From positions 6,087 to 70,086 of the forward strand of contig JAHHQX010000001.1 of assembly GCA_020026155.1 (NCBI GenBank): a stretch of DNA of 64,000 bases. The letters run 5' to 3'. This DNA is from Actinobacillus sp. (GTDB lineage Bacteria; Pseudomonadota; Gammaproteobacteria; Enterobacterales; Pasteurellaceae). Below, piece by piece: positions 34,707 to 44,025 of this stretch. The translations under genes and the position numbers were made by a program. How positions within the stretch are numbered: the first letter of the stretch is position 1; every line of letters begins with the position of its first letter. Under the pieces are notes generated by a model. The model did no database searches. It saw only the letters and a list, made by a program, of their open reading frames with translations, and was not told the DNA's origin.

Positions 34707-34744
34707 ACGCCTAAAATCATAAAATTTTACGAAAATTGAGGCGT
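34707..34744. repeat. Dyad (hairpin) copy of the dispersed intergenic repeat, after dsbB
   Basis: The sequence is acgcctaaaatcataaaattttacgaaaattgaggcgt. The two arms acgcct..aaaat and attgaggcgt are inverted, and the right half matches the repeat family. Confidence 0.55.
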
Positions 34745-34765
34745 GGTTATTTTACTTGAATTATC

Positions 34766-35308
34766 CTAATTATTTTTATGAAAAATTAATCGCTTAGGTT
34801 GAGTGCTGATAAATTGACTAATTAAGATAACGATAAATACAATAACATAAACAATGAACATAACGGAAATCCATTGTGCCATAGAGAGATCGAGAAATGT
34901 CCACACCTTATCGCTACATGAGCCAGTAGGATGGAATAAAAATGGTAACCATTTATCTAATGGTAGCCAGTGTGGGAAATCTGGGAGAATTTCACATTGA
35001 TTCCATGGAGAAGGGTGTAACTGAAAGTCCACATGCTTTAACGCGATCAAGGTTCCTTTAATACTGCTGATGAGAGCAAGAATTAGTCCCAGTATGCGCC
35101 AAAACCAGGATTGTGGCGCAAACCACGCAACGAGGCATGAGAACAAAATACAGAATAACGCGACGCGTTCATATACACACATAACGCATGGTGAGAATCC
35201 CATGCCGTATTGGAAAAATAATGCAGTCCCTTCAAAAATTATTGCGGACCAAATAAGCACCGCCCATAAAAGACGGTGAGAACTTAAAATTTTAATCGTT
35301 CGAAACAT
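34766..35308 (-). CDS. dsbB: Disulfide bond formation protein B
   Basis: It has four TM segments and the CVMC redox pair, with a second Cys pair in the periplasmic loop. It sits in the nhaB-dsbB synteny. Confidence 0.9.
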   Translation of the reverse strand: MFRTIKILSSHRLLWAVLIWSAIIFEGTALFFQYGMGFSPCVMCVYERVALFCILFSCLVAWFAPQSWFWRILGLILALISSIKGTLIALKHVDFQLHPSPWNQCEILPDFPHWLPLDKWLPFLFHPTGSCSDKVWTFLDLSMAQWISVMFIVYVIVFIVILISQFISTQPKRLIFHKNN

Positions 35309-35324
35309 AATAATCCTTTGAAAA

Positions 35325-36851
35325 TTAATGATATCCCATAAGAACGGTTAACCATGGAAGTAAATATTTTACTGCAAAAAATCCAACAATTGACAGCACT
35401 ATGGTATACGGTAGTGCCATATATACCATACGTCCATAAGAAAGGCGAATTAACGGCGCAATTGAAGACGTTAGTAAGAATAAAAAGGCAGCCTGACCGT
35501 TTGGTGTCGCAACGGATGGAAGGTTGGTTCCCGCATTAATTGCGACAGCGATATGTTCAAATTGTTCCAAACTAATACTGTTTTGTGCGAGTGCCATTTT
35601 TGCTTCATTAATATAAACTGTCGCCACAAACACGTTATCAGAAATGGCGGATAATAGCCCGTTAAAGACATAGAAAAGAAGTAATTGCGTTTCTTTTTCA
35701 GCTGAAAGCACATAATGAATTAACGGTGCAAAAAGATGTTGATCAATAATTACCGCTACTACTGAGAAGAAGACCACTAATAATGCTGTGAAAGGTAATG
35801 CTTCTTGGAAAGCGCGTCCAATTTGATGCTCATCAGTAATCCCACAAAATGCGGTAGCTAAAATAATTACGGTTAATCCGATTAAACCAACATCGGCAAG
35901 ATGGAAAGCAAGACCAATAATTAGCCAAACTCCAACAATTCCTTGTAAAATAAGATTTATGCGATCACGTTTTGTCATTTTCGCATCGCTTTGTTTTGCA
36001 TAGTCGCGTAGGACTTCAAAAACTTGTGGTGGAAGTTCTTCACCATATCCGAAGATTTTGAATTTTTCTACGAATAAACATGTAAGTAACCCACAGACGA
36101 GTACGGGAATAGTAACAGGTGCCATGCGGAGGAAGAATTCAGCAAAGTTCCATTTTGCTTGCTCAGCAATAATTAAGTTTTGCGGTTCACCTACCATAGT
36201 TAAAACACCCCCGAGGGCAGTCCCTATAGCGGCATGCATCATCAAACTTCTTAGAAAAGCACGGAAATTTTCTAAAATAGTACGTTGTTCTTCGCCGACA
36301 TTTTTATCGTCTTTAATATCATTTGAGTCTTGGAAATCTAAGCCAGATGCAACTTTATGGTAAACACCATAAAAGCCAATTCCGACGCTAATGATTACTG
36401 CGACAACAGTTAGCGCATCTAAAAATGCAGAAAGAAAAGCAGCACTAATACAGAAGGCGAAAGATAGCATGATCTTAGAGCGGATACTTAAAAGCAAGCG
36501 AGTAAAGATAAACAACAAGAGTTGTTTCATAAAATAAATACCCGCGACCATAAACATAAGAAGTAAAATAACCGCAAAATTACTCATGATTTCTTGTGAA
36601 ATATGATGGGGGTTTGTCATGCCAATAAGGACGGCTTCTAGACTGAGTAATCCACCAGGTTGGAGTGGATAGCATTTTAATGCCATTGCAAGGGTAAAAA
36701 TAAATTCTGCAACTAGGACCCAACCTGCGATAAAATGATCAACCGCAAAAAATAAAATTGGGTTTAAAATTAAGAAAAAGATAATGGTAATTTTGTACCA
36801 AGTTGCACTTGGTCCCAGGAAATTTTTAAATAAAGAATCGAAACTACTCAT
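35325..36851 (-). CDS. nhaB: Na+/H+ antiporter NhaB
   Basis: The 508-aa protein is polytopic, lies next to fadR and dsbB as in E. coli, and is collinear with NhaB as I recall it. Confidence 0.9.
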   Translation of the reverse strand: MSSFDSLFKNFLGPSATWYKITIIFFLILNPILFFAVDHFIAGWVLVAEFIFTLAMALKCYPLQPGGLLSLEAVLIGMTNPHHISQEIMSNFAVILLLMFMVAGIYFMKQLLLFIFTRLLLSIRSKIMLSFAFCISAAFLSAFLDALTVVAVIISVGIGFYGVYHKVASGLDFQDSNDIKDDKNVGEEQRTILENFRAFLRSLMMHAAIGTALGGVLTMVGEPQNLIIAEQAKWNFAEFFLRMAPVTIPVLVCGLLTCLFVEKFKIFGYGEELPPQVFEVLRDYAKQSDAKMTKRDRINLILQGIVGVWLIIGLAFHLADVGLIGLTVIILATAFCGITDEHQIGRAFQEALPFTALLVVFFSVVAVIIDQHLFAPLIHYVLSAEKETQLLLFYVFNGLLSAISDNVFVATVYINEAKMALAQNSISLEQFEHIAVAINAGTNLPSVATPNGQAAFLFLLTSSIAPLIRLSYGRMVYMALPYTIVLSIVGFFAVKYLLPWLTVLMGYH

Positions 36852-36999
36852 TCTGATAAATCCTTAAAAACTATGACAACATACTAGAAATTATAATATA
36901 CTCTAGCCCTTGATTGCATTGACAGACCTCAAAAGTGTTACCTAAATCACAAAATATTTGTCCATATTTGGATTACTTACTCAACACAACTAAATTATT

Positions 37000-37755
37000 A
37001 TGAAAAAATATCAGTTTGATCTTGTTGCACAAAGTCCTGCAAAACTCGCAGAAGAATACATTGTTAAAAGTATTTGGTATAAAAATCTCTTACCAGGTGA
37101 TTGTTTACCTGCAGAGCGAGAATTAGCCGAAAAAATTGGCGTGACGCGAACCACGTTAAGAGAAGTATTACAACGACTTGCCCGCGATGGTTGGTTAACT
37201 ATTCAGCATGGTAAGCCAACAAAAGTTAATGATATTTGGCAGACTGCTGGCCCCGCTATTGTCCAAACATTATTAACGTTGGATAAAGATTTAGCACCAT
37301 TGATTGTTGAGAATGTCGTAACACTTCGTACTGAAGTGATGAATTATTATATTCCACACGCTGTACAACATCATCACAAGTCTGCACAAGCTGTTTTTGA
37401 GAAATTAATGCTTCCAACATTGCAAGACGATGCACAAGTTTTTGCAGAGTTTGACTATCAATTATGTCGTGAATTTGCATTTGCCGATGAGAAACCTGTT
37501 TATGCGTTAATTTTAAATAGTTTCCATACGATTTATCAGCGTGTAGCAAGCTTTTATTTTACCTCTTTTGCTAATCGTCAAAATGCAGTGCATTTTTATA
37601 CTCTCTTAAAAGTAGAGTGTGAAAATGGAAATGTTGAGAAAGTACGTCAGATTTTGCGTGATTTACAAGAATATAGTTATCGTACATGGAATGAGATGTT
37701 GAAAAATATTACGCCAGAGAATAGTAATATTGATTATCAGTATTTTGCTCAATAG
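37000..37755 (+). CDS. fadR: Fatty acid metabolism regulator FadR (GntR family)
   Basis: The N-terminal wHTH SPAKLAEEYIVKSIW...LPAERELAEKIGVTRTTLREVLQRLARDGWLTIQHGKPTKV is present. Confidence 0.9.
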   Translation: MKKYQFDLVAQSPAKLAEEYIVKSIWYKNLLPGDCLPAERELAEKIGVTRTTLREVLQRLARDGWLTIQHGKPTKVNDIWQTAGPAIVQTLLTLDKDLAPLIVENVVTLRTEVMNYYIPHAVQHHHKSAQAVFEKLMLPTLQDDAQVFAEFDYQLCREFAFADEKPVYALILNSFHTIYQRVASFYFTSFANRQNAVHFYTLLKVECENGNVEKVRQILRDLQEYSYRTWNEMLKNITPENSNIDYQYFAQ

Positions 37756-37771
37756 CGCAATAATAGAAGGG

Positions 37772-37799
37772 AATGCCTCGTATTGACGAGGCATTTTTT
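37772..37799 (+). terminator. Rho-independent terminator after fadR
   Basis: The stem is aatgcctcg / cgaggcatt with a 6-nt loop, followed by a T-run. Confidence 0.7.
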
Positions 37800-38964
37800 A
37801 GTCCAAAAATAGGGTCAATAATTCATTTAAAAATAATTTACCTTTTTGGGTGATTTGCCAATGATGTGGGGAGTCGGTAATGAATCCTTCCTCAAGTGCA
37901 ATATTCATTTGAGGTTCGACATCTTGGCATTTTAAACCTGTAAAAGCTTCAAATTCTGCTTTGGGAACGGCCTCAAGTAAGCGAAATCGGTTCATAAAAA
38001 ACTCAAAAGCTAATTCATCTTGCGGAATAATCCGTTCTTCATAACGATAATTACCCTGTAGATATCCGCGTGGATGTTTTGTTTTACTGAAACGAATGAT
38101 ATTACCGATTTTTTCATTGCTGATATCAGATATTTTACCGTGCGCACCACATCCAATTGCAAGATAATCACCAAAACGCCAATAATTTAAGTTATGTTGG
38201 CATTGGAAACCTGGTTTAGCATACGCAGAAGTTTCATATTGCTCGTAGCCTGCAGCTTTCAATAACTTATCACCTTCTTCAAAAATTGCCCATAATTCAT
38301 CATCATCAGGCAAGATAGGAGGACGAGAGGCAAATGCTGTATTAGGTTCAATGGTAAGCTGATACCATGAAAGATGCGGTGGATTCAGTGCAATAGCCTG
38401 CTTTAAATCCTCTAAGGCTTGTTGAAGCGATTGGGTCGGCAGTCCGTGCATCAGATCTAAATTAAAACTTTGTAACGTATTCCCCCATAAATTATGGGCA
38501 AGCATAATCGCTTGTTTAGCTTGTTGACCATTATGGATGCGTCCGAGCTGAATAAGCTTATCATCTGCAAAACTTTGGATTCCCATAGAAATGCGCGTAA
38601 TACCCGCTTGAGTAAAGTTTGAGAAATTATGGGCCTCTACGGTGCCAGGATTGGCTTCCATTGTAATTTCAATATCCTTAGAGAAGGGAATTTTTTTAGC
38701 AACTTCAGAAAGAAGATACCCAATATTTTCGGGTTTAAATAAACTTGGTGTGCCACCTCCAATAAAAATACTAGCTAAGGATCGCCCATTAATTGCATGT
38801 GCGTAGCGATCTAGATCGGCATCTAAATCAGCTAATAAATGCATGATATATTCTTTTTCTGGGATTTCACCTTTTTGCTGGTGGGAATTAAAGTCACAGT
38901 AGGGGCATTTTTGCACACACCAAGGAATGTGAATATATAAACTTAAAGGAAGGTATTGTTTCAT
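37798..38964 (-). CDS. hemW: Radical SAM heme chaperone HemW (YggW, HemN-like)
   Basis: The radical SAM motif PWCVQKCPYCDF is present. I trimmed the start to the ATG at 38964 (MKQYLPLSLYIHIP). Confidence 0.85.
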   Translation of the reverse strand: MKQYLPLSLYIHIPWCVQKCPYCDFNSHQQKGEIPEKEYIMHLLADLDADLDRYAHAINGRSLASIFIGGGTPSLFKPENIGYLLSEVAKKIPFSKDIEITMEANPGTVEAHNFSNFTQAGITRISMGIQSFADDKLIQLGRIHNGQQAKQAIMLAHNLWGNTLQSFNLDLMHGLPTQSLQQALEDLKQAIALNPPHLSWYQLTIEPNTAFASRPPILPDDDELWAIFEEGDKLLKAAGYEQYETSAYAKPGFQCQHNLNYWRFGDYLAIGCGAHGKISDISNEKIGNIIRFSKTKHPRGYLQGNYRYEERIIPQDELAFEFFMNRFRLLEAVPKAEFEAFTGLKCQDVEPQMNIALEEGFITDSPHHWQITQKGKLFLNELLTLFLD

Positions 38965-39022
38965 AATAAGTAAAAAAGGCAAAAAGCTTTTGTTTTTGCC
39001 TTAGAAAAAATAAAAAGAATAA

Positions 39023-39610
39023 TTAGGCTTGTTGTTTTGCCATTTCAAATTCAATAAGCATCATAAGGATATGAATAACTTTGATATGAATTTCTTGAAT
39101 ACGATCTGCATAGCCAAAGTGTGGAACACGGATTTCTACGTCTGCGATTCCTGCCATTTTACCGCCATCTTTACCGGTCATTGCAATAACTTTCATGCCT
39201 TTTGCTTTTGCAGCTTCAATAGCATTTAAGATATTTTTTGAGTTACCCGAAGTAGAAAGACCAAATAGAACATCCCCTTTTTGACCTACTGCCTCAACGT
39301 AACGTGAGAAAACATACTCATAACCGAAGTCATTACTTACACAGCTTAAATGACTAACATCAGAAATCGCAATCGCAGCAAAACCAGGGCGATTTTCACG
39401 ATAGCGACCAGTTAATTCTTCTGCAAAATGCATTGCATCACAGTGAGAGCCACCATTACCACAAGATAAAACTTTACCGCCATTTTTAAAACTTTCGGCA
39501 ATGATCATTGCAGCTTCTTGAATAAGCGCAATATTTTTTGGATCGTTGACAAAATCATTTAATACTTTTTGTGCTTCATTAAGCTCAGCTTTAATTGCAT
39601 CTAAATACAT
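39023..39610 (-). CDS. gmhA: Phosphoheptose isomerase
   Basis: The motifs [33 protein letters not shown] and [12 protein letters not shown] are present. The protein is close to E. coli GmhA as I recall it. Confidence 0.95.
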   Translation of the reverse strand: MYLDAIKAELNEAQKVLNDFVNDPKNIALIQEAAMIIAESFKNGGKVLSCGNGGSHCDAMHFAEELTGRYRENRPGFAAIAISDVSHLSCVSNDFGYEYVFSRYVEAVGQKGDVLFGLSTSGNSKNILNAIEAAKAKGMKVIAMTGKDGGKMAGIADVEIRVPHFGYADRIQEIHIKVIHILMMLIEFEMAKQQA

Positions 39611-40018
39611 ATATCCCTCTTATTAATTAGCTGGTCGGATATGACAAAAATAAATTCTGGGGTATTTTAACGAAAGAGCGTATATTTGACTAATAGAATT
39701 CACAAATAGATACAAAAATTGTTCTAATTTATAAAATCATTGCATGTTATATGCTGTAAATTTGTTGTTTTCCCTTCCATTGAAATATTTTTATATTTAT
39801 TCATTAACACATAATGTGTATTGCAATCAAGGTGATTTGAGCTATTACTAGTATGTTAGGGAGCCGATGTAAATTTATATGCATATTATGAGAGCCCTAT
39901 TGGATAGAGAGTAGAATAGCCACTAATTTTTTGAGAGAAATGAACAATGAAGCATTTACAAAAAGAAAGCAATTTTATTCCTAACACACAAGAAGATGAA
40001 TAGGTAAAAGTACATCAG

Positions 40019-40315
40019 ATGGATATTGATACAAATTTACACCTAAATAAAGAAGATGAAATCTTAACTGCAAAGGAATTAGACTCAGTATTGCATTCCC
40101 CGCTAACTGAAAATATCACGAAAGCTGAACGAAATGAGTTACAAGAGCTATTGACGATGAAAGGAAATAATCTGATTGCTCTGCATTCCCTCAGGAAGGA
40201 ATTCGAATCTAAATTAAAGTCTATTCATATTTCATTAATACTCATTACATTTATGATTATTGTTTTGTTAATGAGCGTGATTTTTGTAATTTATTTAAAC
40301 TTAGAGATTCAATAA
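40019..40315 (+). CDS. Hypothetical small tail-anchored protein in an AT-rich islet
   Basis: The 98-aa ORF has a single C-terminal TM segment. I recognise no family, and the Shine-Dalgarno support is weak. Confidence 0.35.
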   Translation: MDIDTNLHLNKEDEILTAKELDSVLHSPLTENITKAERNELQELLTMKGNNLIALHSLRKEFESKLKSIHISLILITFMIIVLLMSVIFVIYLNLEIQ

Positions 40316-40378
40316 GAAGTGAAAGTAAATTAATCAGGCACAAATTTTAAATTTTAGAAATTGTGCCTGATTGGTTTT

Positions 40379-41785
40379 TTATTCTACGACAAGACTGCCT
40401 AAACAACCCGCGTCTGCGAGTGGGAGATCGGCTGAACCATAGAAGAATGGGAACTGATTGCTAGAGCGCTCATCAAATCGCACTAATAATTCTACTGTGC
40501 TGGCAACATATACACTATCTCGCCAAGAAGTTGTTTCAGCAGGTTGCACATCCTTACCTTGTTTCGCTACAACAAATTTTGCACCTCGTATACAGAAAGT
40601 CGTCGGATTAGTGGTTTGGATAATCCAGCGTTCAGTGGTGCCTTTGCGGGCCCGAATATCTAATCGACGAGGATCAAATGTTTCTCCATTCATGGTTGCC
40701 TTTTCAGTATCAATAAGAATATGACGCGTTTGCTGCACAGAAGAATTTAAGGCTGAGGGCGCATCAGTAGGGAATTGATAATGTTTCGGCGAACTAAATG
40801 CTGAAGCAAGCCCCATTGTTCTTAATTCAACAACCACATGGTTAGTGAGGATATGGGGATCGAAAAGATCTTTAATCCGATTAAACAAATCCTGCTTTTC
40901 GCCTGCGAGAAGTTTGACGTTTCCCCCTTGAGACAAATCAACTAAAATCTCAGCACGTTGGCTTGGAGCTAAATGTAGAGATTTCATTGTGACCGCTTGA
41001 GGCAAAAATCCCTGATCTCGGGCAATTAATTTGAAAGGGCGATCATCTTCAAAATGTAAGTTATAAGCACGGCTTACCGAAGCATTGACTAAACGTAAGC
41101 GGATCATGCCTGTTAACGCATTGAAAAATGAATTTTCTTGACCATTAACAAAAAGGCGATTTCCAAGGAAATGATAATCATCCGCTTGATAAATTTGTTC
41201 GCCTTTTTCACTTAATTGCATATCTTGCAAGATAAGAGGAATATCCGTCACGCCATATTGATTAGGTAAATCTACGTTGAGTTTAGGATCTTCTACAATA
41301 CAAAGTCCTGCCAGACCACGATAAGTTTGGTATGCTGAATTTTTCCAAGTACAAGCATGATAGTAGAGGCAACCAGCTGGCTGAGTAATAGGGACAATTG
41401 GTGCCCAGCTTTGTTGAGGTTTAAGAGTCCGAGAAAGATCGCCATAAAGTTCACCTTCTGTTTGTAATCCTTGCAAACTGATGGCTAAAGATTGTGGAAG
41501 CTGATTTTGCCAGCTAAATTTTGCAAATTCACCACGTTGTAACTTGATTGTAGGACCTAAATAGCGACCATTAAAACCCCATACATTAATAATAGAATTA
41601 CTCAGTGTTGCCTGGGCTGTACTAATGGTAAGGAAAACAGGTCTTCCCCTTTCATTTGACAAGAGAGGGGGAACGATTAAAGGTTTTCGCGTTGCGGCAA
41701 GTACACTTTCTGGAATCAAACAGAAAGCAGAAGTGGCACTTGCCAGTTTAAAAAATTGACGACGTGAAAGAAGAGGCGTTTTCAT
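40379..41785 (-). CDS. ftsP: Cell division protein FtsP (SufI), multicopper-oxidase fold
   Basis: It has the Tat signal LSRRQFFKLAS and cupredoxin-like domains lacking the copper His clusters. It is adjacent to plsC, as in E. coli. Confidence 0.85.
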   Translation of the reverse strand: MKTPLLSRRQFFKLASATSAFCLIPESVLAATRKPLIVPPLLSNERGRPVFLTISTAQATLSNSIINVWGFNGRYLGPTIKLQRGEFAKFSWQNQLPQSLAISLQGLQTEGELYGDLSRTLKPQQSWAPIVPITQPAGCLYYHACTWKNSAYQTYRGLAGLCIVEDPKLNVDLPNQYGVTDIPLILQDMQLSEKGEQIYQADDYHFLGNRLFVNGQENSFFNALTGMIRLRLVNASVSRAYNLHFEDDRPFKLIARDQGFLPQAVTMKSLHLAPSQRAEILVDLSQGGNVKLLAGEKQDLFNRIKDLFDPHILTNHVVVELRTMGLASAFSSPKHYQFPTDAPSALNSSVQQTRHILIDTEKATMNGETFDPRRLDIRARKGTTERWIIQTTNPTTFCIRGAKFVVAKQGKDVQPAETTSWRDSVYVASTVELLVRFDERSSNQFPFFYGSADLPLADAGCLGSLVVE

Positions 41786-41790
41786 AATAA

Positions 41791-42525
41791 TTAATCTTTT
41801 TTCATTTTCTCTTTTTCTGCTACTTCAGCATCCAGCTCAGCAATACGTTTTTCCATAATATCGCGACAGTAAGCAGCGAGTTCACGAACATTTTCGCGTG
41901 TATAACCACTTACATCAATCGGGTCGAGTTCTTCACAAATTGCATACCCGTTATTCCAGCGATTCCATTTTACTTGATTATGAGTAGTTGAACAAATAAC
42001 CGGCACAATAGGTACACCAGCAGCGATAGCCGCATGGAAAGCACCTGTTTTAAACGGGAGTAACCCACGACCACGACTACGCGTACCTTCAGGGAAGATC
42101 CAAAGTGATAATTGATCTTTGTTGATACGATTAGCCAGTTCGTTCATAGTGTGTTGTGCTTTTTTACGGTTATTGCGGTCAAGGAAAATATTACCGCTCG
42201 CCCAGAAAAGAATCCCAAAAAGTGGAATCCACATTAAAGAGCGTTTACCTACACTTACAGTACGAGGTTGAACCATATAAGCAAGCGTTACCATATCGTA
42301 GTTATTTTGGTGGTTGCTAATGTAGATAGCAGGCGTGGTAGGGGATTTAGGATTGAAACGATATTCAACTTTAAGTCCGAATAATGTATGTAACCGTCCG
42401 AACCAACGGGAAATTTGTCCCACATTATTAGGGTTTTTGAAACGAATGAGTGAATAAATTGTCCCCAAAAGACAAATTAAAATACAAGAAATTAATACAA
42501 GTATAAAACGAATAATAGCAAGCAT
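41791..42525 (-). CDS. plsC: 1-acyl-sn-glycerol-3-phosphate acyltransferase
   Basis: The acyltransferase motifs NHQNNYD (Hx4D) and FPEGTRSRG are present. Confidence 0.9.
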   Translation of the reverse strand: MLAIIRFILVLISCILICLLGTIYSLIRFKNPNNVGQISRWFGRLHTLFGLKVEYRFNPKSPTTPAIYISNHQNNYDMVTLAYMVQPRTVSVGKRSLMWIPLFGILFWASGNIFLDRNNRKKAQHTMNELANRINKDQLSLWIFPEGTRSRGRGLLPFKTGAFHAAIAAGVPIVPVICSTTHNQVKWNRWNNGYAICEELDPIDVSGYTRENVRELAAYCRDIMEKRIAELDAEVAEKEKMKKD

Positions 42526-42628
42526 AATTTAAAATCCATTCAAAAAAATTGCCCTAAGTATAGCAATTTTTATGTAGAAGCGTGGAAAAAAATGATAGGC
42601 TAGCTTAAATTTTTTTGGATTTTTATTT

Positions 42629-43354
42629 ATGTGCAAAACTTTTTTTATTTCTGATTTACATTTAAGTGATAGTCGCCCAGATTTAACGGCACTGTTCGTC
42701 GATTTTATACAAAAACACGCAAAAACTGCGGATAAACTTTATATCCTTGGAGATCTATTTGATTTTTGGATTGGTGATGATGAAAAATCCCCCGTGATTG
42801 AAGTAGTAAAAGCACAACTTCGAGATTTAGCAGATAAAGGTGTCGAATGCTATTTTGTGGCGGGGAATCGTGATTTTTTAGTGGGTAAACGTTTTGCGCA
42901 AGCATGCCATATGACATTACTTCCAGATTATACCGTTATTGATTTATGCGGCGTACCTACTTTATTGTGCCACGGTGACACGTTATGTATTGATGACGTA
43001 AAGTATCAACAATATCGTGAAAAAGTCCAACAAAAATGGCGTCAATGGCTATTTTTAAAATTACCTTTATCTTTAAGATTGAAAATTGCTCAAAAAATTA
43101 GACAAAGAAGTCAAGCGGATAAGCAAGATAAACCGACGGATATCATGGATGTTAATGCTGATTTTGTGAATAAAATCATGCAGAAATTTAATGTTAAAAA
43201 TGTGATTCACGGTCATACCCATCGTCAAAATATTCATAAAATGGCAGAAGGAACGCGTATTGTACTGGGTGATTGGGGCAAAACATCATCCGTTTTATAC
43301 GTTGACAAGACGGGTGAATATGTATTTTTAAATGAAACATTGCAACCAAAATAA
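42629..43354 (+). CDS. lpxH: UDP-2,3-diacylglucosamine diphosphatase
   Basis: The metallophosphoesterase motifs FISDLHL, GDLFD, GNRDF and HGHTH are present. Confidence 0.9.
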   Translation: MCKTFFISDLHLSDSRPDLTALFVDFIQKHAKTADKLYILGDLFDFWIGDDEKSPVIEVVKAQLRDLADKGVECYFVAGNRDFLVGKRFAQACHMTLLPDYTVIDLCGVPTLLCHGDTLCIDDVKYQQYREKVQQKWRQWLFLKLPLSLRLKIAQKIRQRSQADKQDKPTDIMDVNADFVNKIMQKFNVKNVIHGHTHRQNIHKMAEGTRIVLGDWGKTSSVLYVDKTGEYVFLNETLQPK

Positions 43355-43591
43355 AGAAGATAAATTCATTAAAAAACTAGATTATTTAAATAAAAATCGT
43401 ACAATGCCCTTAACGATATAGAAAATTTGTACAATGATATTTCATGAAGTTGTATGAAGTTAAAGCTATTATCGTGATAAACGATGCACCATGCCGAGAG
43501 TCTTATTTTCTGGATAACTGAGTGCTGGAAAGTAATGGCTCCATGTCATGAAAGCAGTAGAGGATTAGATAGTCGTTAAAGGAGATATAAA

Positions 43592-43954
43592 ATGAATGAT
43601 TTTTATGCACCTAATCTAAAAGCTATTGAACATATGTTTCCTGATTTAAACATACAGCCTTATAAAGAAGCATTACAAAAAATTGATGATAAGCTTGAAC
43701 CATGTTTATTGGGTGTAAATAAAAGCTTATGGCTAATTAGCCGCAACGCATTTTTTGCTATTTTGCCACATGCTAAGAAAGCAGAAGTTTGGGTGAAACG
43801 CGAAGTAGAACAAACTCAATTAGTGCAAATGCCACCACACGGTAAAGCTTTTGTGACATTTAAACCTCATGATGTTCGTTTAACAATTGACGGCATTATG
43901 GAAGGGGATTTGGTTAAATTTTTAGAACAAATCCAACCTGCATCCAAAGGGTAA
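43592..43954 (+). CDS. Hypothetical cytoplasmic protein (120 aa)
   Basis: A good Shine-Dalgarno (AAAGGAG) lies 7 nt upstream of the ATG. I recognise no family. Confidence 0.5.
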   Translation: MNDFYAPNLKAIEHMFPDLNIQPYKEALQKIDDKLEPCLLGVNKSLWLISRNAFFAILPHAKKAEVWVKREVEQTQLVQMPPHGKAFVTFKPHDVRLTIDGIMEGDLVKFLEQIQPASKG

Positions 43955-43969
43955 TAATTAAGAATACAA

Positions 43970-44009
43970 CACGCCCCAATTTTCATAAAAATTTTCGAAA
44001 ATTGGGGCG
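43970..44009. repeat. Perfect 14-bp-arm dyad copy of the dispersed repeat, probably a bidirectional terminator between convergent genes
   Basis: The arms acgccccaattttc and gaaaattggggcgt are exact reverse complements. The dyad contains the palindrome ATTTTCGAAAAT and is followed by a T-run. Confidence 0.7.
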
Positions 44010-44025
44010 TCTTATTTTAAAGCTT

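Noticed and set aside
38983-39022. A hairpin (ggcaaaaa / tttttgcc) between gmhA and hemW as a possible terminator.
   Set aside because: The stem is AT-rich and short with a poor T-run on the relevant strand. It is too weak to call.
43400-43591. A possible riboswitch or leader peptide in the ~190-nt region upstream of the 120-aa ORF. It includes the duplicated GTACAATG motif and a 25-codon mini-ORF (MKLYEVKAII...).
   Set aside because: I could not fold it into any riboswitch architecture I know, and the mini-ORF has no ribosome-binding site. The support is insufficient without a covariance-model scan.
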